A stretch of DNA of 60,115 nucleotides from Schlesneria sp. (lineage in GTDB: Bacteria; Planctomycetota; Planctomycetia; Planctomycetales; Planctomycetaceae), in assembly GCA_043746775.1 (NCBI GenBank), contig JAYTQJ010000686.1:1-60115 (forward strand). The letters run 5' to 3'. A model generated the notes under the pieces. The model had not been told where the DNA came from. It was given only the letters and a program-made list of their open reading frames with translations, and ran no database searches. Of this stretch, positions 21,768-30,584 are shown in pieces. Position 1 is the stretch's first letter, and each line of letters begins with the position of its first letter. A program made the position numbers and the translations under genes.

Positions 21768-22265
21768 ATGTCTTCTGCTCCCCCCGGAAAGCGTGTTTGG
21801 AATTGTCCTGATTGTGGCGGTGAGGTGCTGCTGTCGATGACGCAGCTCGATCCGCTGGCGTGTTCGGCCTGCGTAACCAAGTTGAGGGGAGGCGGCTCAA
21901 CCACGAGTTCGGGATCGGGAGCGACCGGTGCTACGGGTGGCCCGCTTCAAATCGTCACCGCACTGCCGGAAAGCGTGAAGCTGGCGGGAGTCGGCATCGT
22001 CGCGCTGTTGCTGGGTCTGCTGATTGGTTTCGTCGCCGGTCGAGTCACAGCGCCGCAGCCGGCCGTCACCGCGCGAAGCTCATCCGTACCTGCGGTATCG
22101 CCCTCACGCGAATCATCCCGCGCGAAGGACATCGAAACGGACGAGGAACCGATCATTGAAGACGAGCGGCCCAACGAAGCGACTCGCCCCAGCCTCAACT
22201 CGAAATGGAGCAAAGGCTACACGCGGAAAGATGGCGTCAAGGTGAAGGGACACTGGATTCGCTAG
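21768..22265 (+). CDS. Hypothetical membrane protein with N-terminal zinc ribbon
   Basis: CPDC..CSAC; one TM helix; C-terminal KGYTRKDGVKVKGHW; AAGGA SD. Confidence 0.72.
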   Translation: MSSAPPGKRVWNCPDCGGEVLLSMTQLDPLACSACVTKLRGGGSTTSSGSGATGATGGPLQIVTALPESVKLAGVGIVALLLGLLIGFVAGRVTAPQPAVTARSSSVPAVSPSRESSRAKDIETDEEPIIEDERPNEATRPSLNSKWSKGYTRKDGVKVKGHWIR

Positions 22266-22279
22266 ACATCAAACAAGCG

Positions 22280-22306
22280 ACCCCGCCGGGACAAGCCCGG
22301 TGGGGT
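22280..22306. terminator. Hairpin between convergent genes (terminator or REP-like)
   Basis: ACCCCGCCGGG-ACAAG-CCCGGTGGGGT. Confidence 0.45.
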
Positions 22307-22344
22307 GAGTTTCAGAACAGAACCGTCGAGGCCGCTCAAGAAGC

Positions 22345-23055
22345 TCAACCGCGCACCGGTGTCGTGTTCGCGTCCTCGCGATCAACGAGCCGGCCGTCTT
22401 GCAGTTCGCAGTGGCGCGGGAAACGATTGGCCAGTTCGATGCTGTGCGTCACGCAGATCAAGAGCGTGTTCTGCTCGCGGTTCAGATCGAGCAACAGCGA
22501 GCCGACCGCTTCGGCTGTCGTCCGGTCCAAGTTTCCGGTCGGCTCATCGGCGAGCAGCAGCGCGGGGCGATTGATGAGAGCGCGACAGACCGCGACGCGC
22601 TGACGCTCCCCGCCGGAAAGCTGAGCCGGTCGATGCCCCATCCGCTCCGACAGGCCGACGCGATCGAGCAGTTCACGGGCGCGGGCTTCGGTCGCGGGAG
22701 TCGCTCCCGCGCCGGGCAGTGTCGGGATCAAGACATTCTCCAGCACGTTGCATTGCGGCAGCAGATGATGGTCTTGAAAGATGAAGCCGATCTGCCGATT
22801 GCGAAACTCCGCCTGCTGCGCCGCGTTCAGTCGAAACGGATCTCGGCCTTCCAGTTGAACGCGGCCCGCCGTCGGTGAGTCCAACGCACCGAGGACATAC
22901 AACAACGTACTCTTGCCAGACCCGGACGGTCCCGTGATCGCCAGTGCCTCGCCGCGCTGCATGGTCAGGTCGAGACTTTTCAAAATCGACAGCGTCCCCT
23001 CCGCCGACACGTAGTCCTTCGCGAGTTGGCAGACGCTCAGAGTCGGTTCAGTCAT
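22345..23055 (-). CDS. ABC transporter ATP-binding protein, LolD/MacB-like
   Basis: GPSGSGKST, LSGGERQRVA, LLADEPTGNLD. Confidence 0.95.
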   Translation of the reverse strand: MTEPTLSVCQLAKDYVSAEGTLSILKSLDLTMQRGEALAITGPSGSGKSTLLYVLGALDSPTAGRVQLEGRDPFRLNAAQQAEFRNRQIGFIFQDHHLLPQCNVLENVLIPTLPGAGATPATEARARELLDRVGLSERMGHRPAQLSGGERQRVAVCRALINRPALLLADEPTGNLDRTTAEAVGSLLLDLNREQNTLLICVTHSIELANRFPRHCELQDGRLVDREDANTTPVRG

Positions 23056-23071
23056 CGAGGTTCCTTCACGT

Positions 23072-23225
23072 CAGGGCCATCGCCTTGATGAAGCTGGGGG
23101 ATTGGGTGCCACGGTCACGGAGCTTCGACGTGGCCGTGAAATCTGGAAAACGACTTCACGTTCTCACACGGCCACGTCGAAGCTCCGTGACCGTGGCACA
23201 CCATATTGAAAAAAGCGATGGCCTT
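23072..23225. mobile_element. MITE-like element: CAGGGCCATCGCC / AAAAAAGCGATGGCCTT shell around a family K hairpin (23106-23199)
   Basis: Perfect inner arms GTGCCACGGTCACGGAGCTTCGACGTGGCCGTG; shell shared with 10215-10370. Confidence 0.75.
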
Positions 23226-23452
23226 ACGGGGTGATCACGGCGGTCTTGTTTGATTTTGCCAGCAAAGCAACACTGTTCGGTTCTCACACTCGGCGGACTT
23301 TCGCGTCGAAAGCGTTACTCATGCGATCTGCCAGAGCCAGCCAGCGCGAACTCTGTGTCATCCCGATCTCGGACTCTGTATATGATCCACCGAAAACGCA
23401 GGGCCTCGTCCCTGTGATTGAGCTGCACCATGTGGCTATCCAAGAATGAAGA

Positions 23453-23521
23453 CCCCTCACCCTCACCCTAGCCCTCTCCCCGGACCACCGAAGCGGCGGT
23501 GCCCGCCGGGGCGAGGGGACA
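23453..23521. repeat. Family F repeat (CCCCTCACCCTAGCCCTCTCCCC...GGGGCGAGGGGAC)
   Basis: Copies at 24583, 25085, 27574 and 35977. Confidence 0.85.
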
Positions 23522-23564
23522 AGGCCAAGACTCAAACAACCTGAACACTCAATCGGAGCCTTTC

Positions 23565-24578
23565 GTGACTGTGAACCCTCTCAACGCTGACGATGAAGCC
23601 GAACTGCGAACTTTGGAAATGGTCCGCACCGGGCGGCAGCGGATTCGGGCCGAGTTGGCCAAGACGATCGTGGGCCAGAACGAAGCAGTCGAGCAACTGC
23701 TGATCTCGCTCTTCGCGGGCGGGCATTGCCTCATCACGGGAGCGCCTGGGTTGGCGAAGACGTTGCTCGTGAAGTCGATTGCGCAGGTGTTCCATCTCAA
23801 TTTTCAACGCATTCAATTCACGCCCGACCTGATGCCGGCCGACATCACCGGGACGGAGATTCTGGAGCAGGATGAGGCCGGGAAGCGGCGGATGGTGTTC
23901 GTGAAGGGACCGATCTTCGCCAACGTGCTGCTGGCGGACGAAATCAACCGGACGCCGCCGAAGACTCAGGCCGCGCTGCTGGAAGCGATGCAGGAGCATC
24001 AGGTCACGGCGGCCGGCACGCGCTATCCGCTCGATGAACCGTTCTTCGTCCTCGCCACGCAGAACCCGATTGAAATGGAGGGGACGTATCCGCTCCCCGA
24101 AGCGCAGCTCGACCGGTTCATGTTCAACGTCGTCATCGACTACCTGACCGAGGACGACGAGGTCGCGGTCGTCGCCCGCACGACCTCCGCGCCGCCCGAG
24201 TTGATCGAAGCCCTCTATACGGGAATGGACGTGCAGCGCATCCACGAACTCGTGCGGAAAGTCCCCGTTGCCGAGGATGTCGTGCGTTACGCGGTCCGCC
24301 TCGCCGCCGCCTCGCGACCAAAACAGAAAGAGTCGCCCGACTTCATCAACGAGTACGTCTCATGGGGAGCCGGTTTGCGAGCGGCTCAATACCTGATCCT
24401 CGGCGGCAAAGCGCGAGCCCTGCTCTCCGGGCGAGCTAACGTCACGTGGGAGGATGTCCGCGCCCTGGCCGCCCCGGTCCTGCGGCATCGCATCCTCATC
24501 AACTACCGCGCCGAAGCGGCTGGCATGACCGTCGAGACGATCATCGGCAGACTGTTGGAGACAGTGAAGGATGCGTAA
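23565..24578 (+). CDS. moxR: MoxR family AAA+ ATPase
   Basis: GAPGLAKT, RIQFTPDLMPADITG, LADEINRTPPKTQAALLEAMQE, ATQNPIEMEGTYPLPEAQLDRF. Confidence 0.97.
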   Translation: MTVNPLNADDEAELRTLEMVRTGRQRIRAELAKTIVGQNEAVEQLLISLFAGGHCLITGAPGLAKTLLVKSIAQVFHLNFQRIQFTPDLMPADITGTEILEQDEAGKRRMVFVKGPIFANVLLADEINRTPPKTQAALLEAMQEHQVTAAGTRYPLDEPFFVLATQNPIEMEGTYPLPEAQLDRFMFNVVIDYLTEDDEVAVVARTTSAPPELIEALYTGMDVQRIHELVRKVPVAEDVVRYAVRLAAASRPKQKESPDFINEYVSWGAGLRAAQYLILGGKARALLSGRANVTWEDVRALAAPVLRHRILINYRAEAAGMTVETIIGRLLETVKDA

Positions 24579-24582
24579 CGCC

Positions 24583-25135
24583 TGTCCCCTCGCCCCGACT
24601 TTGCGGGGAGAGGGCTAGGGTGAGGGGTTCTTCGAAACAAGAATGGTGGCCGATTCGTGGCGTTTACTTCGAGAAATCGCTTCGACAACTGCCTGCGATG
24701 GTGCGCAGGTTTGACTGGATTCGGCGCACCATTTTTGCAGAGAGTTATGCCGGCTGACTCCTCAATGCTTGATCTATTTCTCCGATTTCCTGTCGTGGCT
24801 GCGTTGGGGGTCGCCGCGATTGGTGTTCTGTTCTCCCGCTGCGCCAATTACTACTTTGATGATGAGAACCATCTTCGACGAAAGTTGTACATGCTCTCAC
24901 TCGTCCTCCCGCACGTTGCGGTGGCATTCGTCGTCAGTTGCTTGCTGGGGACTTTTGATTGGTGGCACGGATTGGCTCTCGCCCAGGTTTATGGCGCTGT
25001 GTTCATTGTTCTCTGGTTCGACAAGAGGCAAATCATGGATATGCTGACCGTGCCAGATTGCTCGCAGCATCCGACAGTACTACAGAAGAACCCCTCACCC
25101 TAACCCTCTCCCCGCAAAGCCGGGGCGAGGGGACA
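24583..25135. mobile_element. Cassette bounded by 51-bp inverted family F repeats
   Basis: 24583-24633 is the reverse complement of 25085-25135 with 2 mismatches; the enclosed DNA is visibly more AT-rich. Confidence 0.65.
24747..25103 (+). CDS. Small hypothetical membrane protein (about 3 TM), cassette cargo
   Basis: Three hydrophobic segments; stop codon lies inside the right repeat; start uncertain (24657/24747/24765). Confidence 0.55.
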   Translation: MPADSSMLDLFLRFPVVAALGVAAIGVLFSRCANYYFDDENHLRRKLYMLSLVLPHVAVAFVVSCLLGTFDWWHGLALAQVYGAVFIVLWFDKRQIMDMLTVPDCSQHPTVLQKNPSP

Positions 25136-25145
25136 AGAGTTGCCA

Positions 25146-26102
25146 ATGCCGACAGCCTCATCATCGCCGCATGCCGAACAGATCGCCGGGTTCATCGACC
25201 CGGCGACGCTCATGCATTTGAAGTCGCTCGAATTGCGGGCGCGGCATGTGGTTGAAGGCTTCATGACGGGGCTGAACCGCAGTCCGTATCACGGGTTCTC
25301 GGTCGAGTTCACCGAGTACCGGCAGTACACACAGGGGGATGACCTGCGGCATCTCGACTGGAAGCTGTTTGCCCGCAGCGACCGCTACTACATCAAGCGG
25401 TTTGAGGACGAGACCAACCTGCGCTGCCTGCTGCTGCTCGACGACAGCCGGTCGATGAACTTTGGTTCGCGAGGCTACTCGAAGTCGGAGTACGCCCGCA
25501 CGCTGGCCGCCACGCTGGGGTATTTTCTCAACACGCAGCGCGATGCGGTCGGGTTGGCGAAGTTCTCGTCGGAGATCGACGACTTCATCCCGCCCCGTTA
25601 CCGAGTCGGCCATCTGCGGCGCATCTTGGTCTCGCTCGAACGTGAAGCAATCGGGACATCGACGCACCTGTCGAAGCCGCTGGAGCAGATCGCCGAGCGA
25701 TTGAACAAGCGCGGTGTCCTCGTGTTGATCTCAGACTTGCTCGCACCGCTGGAGATGCTCGAATTGAGCCTCGGTGCTTTGGCCGCGCGCGGTCAGGAAG
25801 TCGTCGTGTTCCACGTCCTCGATCCCGAGGAGTTGCGGTTCGAGTTCACCGCTCCCGAGATGTTTGAAGACTTGGAATCGCAGGACCGGCTCTACGTCGA
25901 TCCGGCCGCCATTCGGACCGAGTACCTCAAACGCTTCGGCAAGCATCTGGAAGCGGTCGAGGCAATCTGTGCCCGGCTCGGACTGACCTATCACCGGATG
26001 CCGACCGACTCACCGCTGGAGCTGGCCCTGCCCGAGATCGTCCGCGTGCGAATGCAGTCTCGCGGCAACAGCCGGACACGGATCGCGAGGCGCGGACGAT
26101 GA
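25146..26102 (+). CDS. DUF58 domain protein
   Basis: GFSVEFTEYRQYTQGDDLRHLDWKLFARSDRYYIKRFEDET. Confidence 0.96.
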   Translation: MPTASSSPHAEQIAGFIDPATLMHLKSLELRARHVVEGFMTGLNRSPYHGFSVEFTEYRQYTQGDDLRHLDWKLFARSDRYYIKRFEDETNLRCLLLLDDSRSMNFGSRGYSKSEYARTLAATLGYFLNTQRDAVGLAKFSSEIDDFIPPRYRVGHLRRILVSLEREAIGTSTHLSKPLEQIAERLNKRGVLVLISDLLAPLEMLELSLGALAARGQEVVVFHVLDPEELRFEFTAPEMFEDLESQDRLYVDPAAIRTEYLKRFGKHLEAVEAICARLGLTYHRMPTDSPLELALPEIVRVRMQSRGNSRTRIARRGR

Positions 26103-26164
26103 ACTGGTCGAGTGACGAGAGACGAGTGTCGAGTGCCAGAAGCGACACATGCCAAACTCTTCCT

Positions 26165-26414
26165 CCCTCCCCTCGGCGGGGAGGGCCGGGGAGGGGGGCT
26201 GCTGGCCAGTGGCACTCACTTTGTAACCCGCAGCGTCAGCGAGGGAGTCAAACACGCCAAAACACACGAGAAACTCCCTCGCTGACGCTGCGGGTTACTT
26301 GGCGATTTCGACAAAGTGAGTGCCATTGGGCTGATGGCACCGGTGGATTCGATCGCAAATGGATGCCGAACTCTTCATCGTCCCCCCTCCCTAACCCTCC
26401 CCGCCGAGGGGAGG
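26165..26414. mobile_element. Triple-nested element: F-variant inverted arms > CA(A/G)TGGCACTCA shell (26207-26328) > family A hairpin
   Basis: Arms 26165-26198 and 26382-26414; the inner 122 bp is closely similar to the reverse complement of 28688-28809. Confidence 0.75.
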
Positions 26415-26442
26415 GAACAAGAAATGAAGGCGGGAGCCGCAC

Positions 26443-28629
26443 ATGACACCACTCGCACCGTTCTATTTGCTCGGCGCGTTGGCGATTGCCGGGCCGATCC
26501 TGTTTCACTTGTGGAGGCGAACGCCGCGAGGGCGGCGTGAGTTTTCGACGCTGATGTTTTTGTCGCCGTCTCCGCCCCGAGTCACCTCGCGCAGTCGGGT
26601 CGAACATTGGTTGCTGCTCATGCTGCGCGGAGCCGTCTTGCTGCTGCTGGCGTTTGCGTTTGCGAGGCCGCTCTGGCGGACAGCGACTTCGGAGCCGGAG
26701 CAGGCGAGCGACGAAGAGTTGGTCGCGGTGCTGGTCGATACGAGCGCGAGTCTGCGGCGCGACGGAGCGTGGTCTGAGTTGATGACGCAACTTGGTGCGA
26801 GTATCTCGAAGTTGCCGACGACGGCGACGGTCGGGTTGTTCGCGTTCGATGACCGTTGGCGCAGCGTGGCCGACTTCACCGAGCTGAAGCCGCTTGAAGT
26901 CGGAGCGCGGCGGGAACTCGTCGTGGCGCGGCTCAAGGAATTGAAGCCGACTTGGGGCGGAACGAATCTCGGTGAGGCGCTCGTTCGCACGGCATCGGCG
27001 TTACAAGAAATTCAGACCGAGCGTGCGGCGCCCGCCAAGTTGCGGATCATCCTCGCCAGCGATCTGCCGGTCGGCGCGAACCTCGATGCACTGCGCGGCT
27101 TTGAATGGCCGAGCGACTTGCGCGTGGAGACGCTCGTCACGCGAACCACTTCGCCGTCGAACGCGGGTCTGCAACTGGTCGAGCGAAACGTGGACCTCGG
27201 TGATGATCTGCTGCGTGTGCGAGTCACCAACTCGGCCGATGCGAAGCAAGAAACGTTCGTTCTCAAATGGGACGGGGCCGATGCGGCGAGCGTCTCTGTC
27301 TATGTGCCGCCGGGGCAAAGTCGAGTCCTCGTTCCACCGAAGCGACCTGACGGCGCGGCGTCAACTTCGTTGATCCTGACCGGCGACGATCATGACTTCG
27401 ACAACAAAGTCTTCGTCGCGCCCCCTCGGACTGAGACGAAGCTCGTGGTGTACTGCGGGGCTGATCGGACGGATGACCCGGACGGGTTGCGGTTCTATCT
27501 CGATGGGGTGTTCGCAGCGTCGCGGCGATATCGGGTGGAGATGGTGGAGTGGAACGAAGCGGCGAAGAAAAGCCCCCTCACCCTAACCCTCTCCCCGCAG
27601 AGCCGGGGCGAGGGGACAGAGCCGAAGACGGAAGCCAAGCAGAAGGCTGAGCGGCCATCGCTGGTTGTACTAACTCATCTGGAAGAGACGGCGGGGGCGT
27701 TCGTCAAAGAACATCTGGCGGCGGGCGGGGCCGTGTTGATTGCGGCACGCTCGGCGGAGAGTGGGACGGCGACGTTGAAGCAGTGCGGGCTGGATGAAGT
27801 CACGCTAAGTGAGGCGGCTGTGCGGCGAGATGCGATGTGGGGCGAGATTGATTTCGAGCATCCGCTCTTTGCGCCGTTTGCCGAAGCGCAGTTCAGCGAC
27901 TTCACGGGGATTCGGTTTTGGAAGCATCGGGTGTTGGAGGTGGCGGGGAAGCGGGTGGGCGAAAGTAAGACAGAAGACGGGCAAGCCGGAGGCTTAACCT
28001 ACGGGGGGCGAACGCTTGCTCGGTTTGATGATGGTGCGCCAGCGTTCGTCGAGTTCAACGTGGGCAAGGGGCGCGTCTGGTTGATGACGGCGGGATGGCA
28101 TCCGGCCGACAGCCAACTCGCGCGGTCCTCCAAGTTCCCGCCGCTCGTCTATCGGATGTTGGAGCAGGCGTCGGGAGCAGTCTCGCGACGCGAAAGCGTT
28201 CCCGTCGGCAGCGCGACCCCTTGGCCGAAGTCTTCCGGTGAATCCGCTTCGCGCGGGAGCGTGCATCTGCCCGATGGTCGCGTGGTGACGGACCTCACCC
28301 TCGACGCGGCCTTCGCAGAGACCACGCAACCGGGACTGTATCGCCTCGAAGTCGAAGGGCGATCGGAGACGGTGGCGGTGAATCTGGCGGCCGATGAAAG
28401 TCGCACGTCGCCACTGCCGGTCGAGCAGCTCGAAAGTCTCGGCGTGAGGTTGGGAACGGCCGAACGTCCCGAAGAGACTCGCCGCGCGAAAGACCGCCAG
28501 CGCCAGTTGAAGCTGGAGGAACTCGAACAGAACCAGAAGCTGTGGCGGTGGGGATTGCTCGTCGTGATTGGACTGCTGCTGGTCGAGACGTGGCTGTCCG
28601 GGCGAGTGCTGAGCGGTCAATCGAGTTGA
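26443..28629 (+). CDS. BatA domain / vWA-like membrane protein carrying two in-frame repeat insertions
   Basis: GPILFHLWRR...FSTLMFL...WLLLMLR...AFARP N-terminus; VLVDTSASL vWA-like; C-terminal LWRWGLLVVIGLLLVETWL. Confidence 0.9.
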   Translation: MTPLAPFYLLGALAIAGPILFHLWRRTPRGRREFSTLMFLSPSPPRVTSRSRVEHWLLLMLRGAVLLLLAFAFARPLWRTATSEPEQASDEELVAVLVDTSASLRRDGAWSELMTQLGASISKLPTTATVGLFAFDDRWRSVADFTELKPLEVGARRELVVARLKELKPTWGGTNLGEALVRTASALQEIQTERAAPAKLRIILASDLPVGANLDALRGFEWPSDLRVETLVTRTTSPSNAGLQLVERNVDLGDDLLRVRVTNSADAKQETFVLKWDGADAASVSVYVPPGQSRVLVPPKRPDGAASTSLILTGDDHDFDNKVFVAPPRTETKLVVYCGADRTDDPDGLRFYLDGVFAASRRYRVEMVEWNEAAKKSPLTLTLSPQSRGEGTEPKTEAKQKAERPSLVVLTHLEETAGAFVKEHLAAGGAVLIAARSAESGTATLKQCGLDEVTLSEAAVRRDAMWGEIDFEHPLFAPFAEAQFSDFTGIRFWKHRVLEVAGKRVGESKTEDGQAGGLTYGGRTLARFDDGAPAFVEFNVGKGRVWLMTAGWHPADSQLARSSKFPPLVYRMLEQASGAVSRRESVPVGSATPWPKSSGESASRGSVHLPDGRVVTDLTLDAAFAETTQPGLYRLEVEGRSETVAVNLAADESRTSPLPVEQLESLGVRLGTAERPEETRRAKDRQRQLKLEELEQNQKLWRWGLLVVIGLLLVETWLSGRVLSGQSS

Positions 28630-28670
28630 AGGCTGGCGATGCCTCAAGCGGACTAAAGTGAGATGTCTGA

Positions 28671-28828
28671 ACGGGGCGGAGTCCGCCCAATGGCGTTCAC
28701 TTTGTCGAAATCACCAAGTAACCCGCAGCGTCAGCGAGGGAGTTCCTCGTGTTTTTCGGCGTGTTGGACTCCCTCGCTGACGCTGCGGGTTACTTGATGA
28801 GTGCCATTGAGCTGACGCCACCCCGCTC
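28671..28828. mobile_element. Triple-nested element: H-like arms > CAATGGC..TGAGTGCCATTG shell (28688-28809) > family A hairpin
   Basis: Inverted copy of the 26207-26328 element; flanked by GGGGCGGAGTCCGCC and GCTGACGCCACCCCGCTC. Confidence 0.72.
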
Positions 28829-28871
28829 AGATGTCTCATCACGATCTAAATCATGGATCTAGAAGGGAGCC

Positions 28872-30428
28872 GTGATGTCTGCCGAATCTCAATCGCTGAA
28901 GTCGGCTCATCTGATCGGCGTGTGCGGTGCCGGGATGAAGGCACTCGCGGAGTTGCTCGCGGGGTTGGGTTGGCAGTTGTCGGGATCGGACCTCGCACCC
29001 GCGACGGCGGCGGTTGAAGGACTGATGCGGCGCGGTCTCACGTTCCATCAAGGGCACTCGGCGGAGCATGTGCCGCGTGATGTCGAATGCGTCGTCTACA
29101 GTCCGGCCATTCCGGCGGAGAACGTCGAACGTGTTGAGGCCGCGCGGCGCGGAGTGCCGCTGTTCTCGTACAGCCAGATGGTCGGGAGGTTGATGGAGTC
29201 GCGAGCGGGGGTGTGCATCGCGGGGACACACGGGAAGAGTACGACGACGGCGATGGTTGGTTGGGTGCTCAGTCATACGGGACGCGAGCCGTCGGTGCTG
29301 GTCGGGGCGGAGTTGGGGGGCGGGTTTCAAACTCGCGGGTTTCTAACTCTTCCGGAGCGGGGTGGCGTCAGCCCCCTGGCTCTTGTGAACCAAGTGAGCG
29401 TCGAAGAAGGAAAGACAGGGGGCTTACGCCGCCCCGCTCCGGGAAGAGAGGAGAGGGCTGACGCCCAAGATGGCACAGCGGAGCTGCCCGAAGCTCATCG
29501 CAGCGGCTGGGCTGGTTCGGGCGAGTTGTTTGTGGTCGAGAGCTGTGAGTTCGAGCGGAGCTTTCTCGATTTCTCACCACGTTACGCCGCGATCCTCAGT
29601 GTCGAGCCGGACCACTTCGACTGCTTTGCCGATCTGCCGTCGCTCGTCCAAGCGTTTGGCGAGTTCGCGCGGCGTGTCTCGTCGGATGGTGCGTTGCTCG
29701 TGCGCGGCGACTGCGAGGCGGCTCTCAATAGTGTGAATGATGTGGCTGCGCGCGTCGTCACGTTTGGCGTTGGCTCGCACTGTGAATGGCAGGCGAACGC
29801 GATCCGTCATGCAGCCGAGGGGGTGCGGTTTCGAGTCGTCTGTCGTGGCAAGACGTGGGGCGAGGTCGAGTTGAAGTTGCACGGCGACCACAACGTTTTG
29901 AATGCGCTCGCGGCGGCGGCGCTCTGTGCCGAGATCGGTCTCACGGCGGAAGAAGTCGCGGACGGACTGAGGTCGTTCCCCGGCATCCGTCGTCGGTTTG
30001 AAGTGGTCGATGAACGGGACGGCATCACCGTGATCAGCGACTACGCACACCATCCGACCGCCGTGGCCGCGACACTCAAAACGGCGCGCGAGGTGTTTGG
30101 CTCGCGCCGCATCTGGTGTGCATTCCAACCGCATCAGGTCTCGCGCACGCTGGCCTTGATGGACGACTTCGCGGCGAGCTTCGTCGATGCCGATGAAGTC
30201 CTCATCGTGCCGGTGTTCGCGGCGCGCGAGCGAGTCGTCGATGAGCCGGTTTTGGCGTCGCGAGTGCTGGTGCAACGGATCAATTCGCGCGGCGTGTCGG
30301 CTCGGTTCGTGGAGTCCCTTGACCGAATCAAGGCAACCTTAGACCATGCCGCCCGCCTTGGAGACGTGCTGATTTTGATGGGCGCAGGCGACATTGATCG
30401 AGCGTTGGATGCGGATCAAACGAGTTGA
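28872..30428 (+). CDS. murC: UDP-N-acetylmuramate--L-alanine ligase with an in-frame palindromic insertion
   Basis: HLIGVCGAGMKALA, IAGTHGKSTTTAM, DHFD, GIRRRFE, DYAHHPT, FQPH, MGAGDI. Confidence 0.95.
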   Translation: MMSAESQSLKSAHLIGVCGAGMKALAELLAGLGWQLSGSDLAPATAAVEGLMRRGLTFHQGHSAEHVPRDVECVVYSPAIPAENVERVEAARRGVPLFSYSQMVGRLMESRAGVCIAGTHGKSTTTAMVGWVLSHTGREPSVLVGAELGGGFQTRGFLTLPERGGVSPLALVNQVSVEEGKTGGLRRPAPGREERADAQDGTAELPEAHRSGWAGSGELFVVESCEFERSFLDFSPRYAAILSVEPDHFDCFADLPSLVQAFGEFARRVSSDGALLVRGDCEAALNSVNDVAARVVTFGVGSHCEWQANAIRHAAEGVRFRVVCRGKTWGEVELKLHGDHNVLNALAAAALCAEIGLTAEEVADGLRSFPGIRRRFEVVDERDGITVISDYAHHPTAVAATLKTAREVFGSRRIWCAFQPHQVSRTLALMDDFAASFVDADEVLIVPVFAARERVVDEPVLASRVLVQRINSRGVSARFVESLDRIKATLDHAARLGDVLILMGAGDIDRALDADQTS

Positions 30429-30480
30429 TTTTTGCTCGGACTGAAGGCCGGATGGCAGCAGTCTCTCTCACCTCGGTGCC

Positions 30481-30560
30481 GGTTGGAAAACGTCGGGCAA
30501 GCGTCTCGCTTGCCCGAGATCGCGATTAGAAAACGGGCAAGCGAGACGCTTACCCTACGT
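30481..30560. repeat. Family B hairpin with degenerate GTTGGAAAA shell
   Basis: GGGCAAGCGTCTCGCTTGCCCG...CGGGCAAGCGAGACGCTTACCCTACG. Confidence 0.85.
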
Positions 30561-30584
30561 TTGGCGACATGGAACGGATTGCTC

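Noticed and set aside
23231-23535. Small ORFs between the ABC ATPase and moxR
   Set aside because: Partly repeat-derived, no motifs; more likely the divergent promoter region
29325-29500. Intein or intron in murC
   Set aside because: Too short; no C/S...HN splice motifs or intron structure; explained by a palindromic repeat
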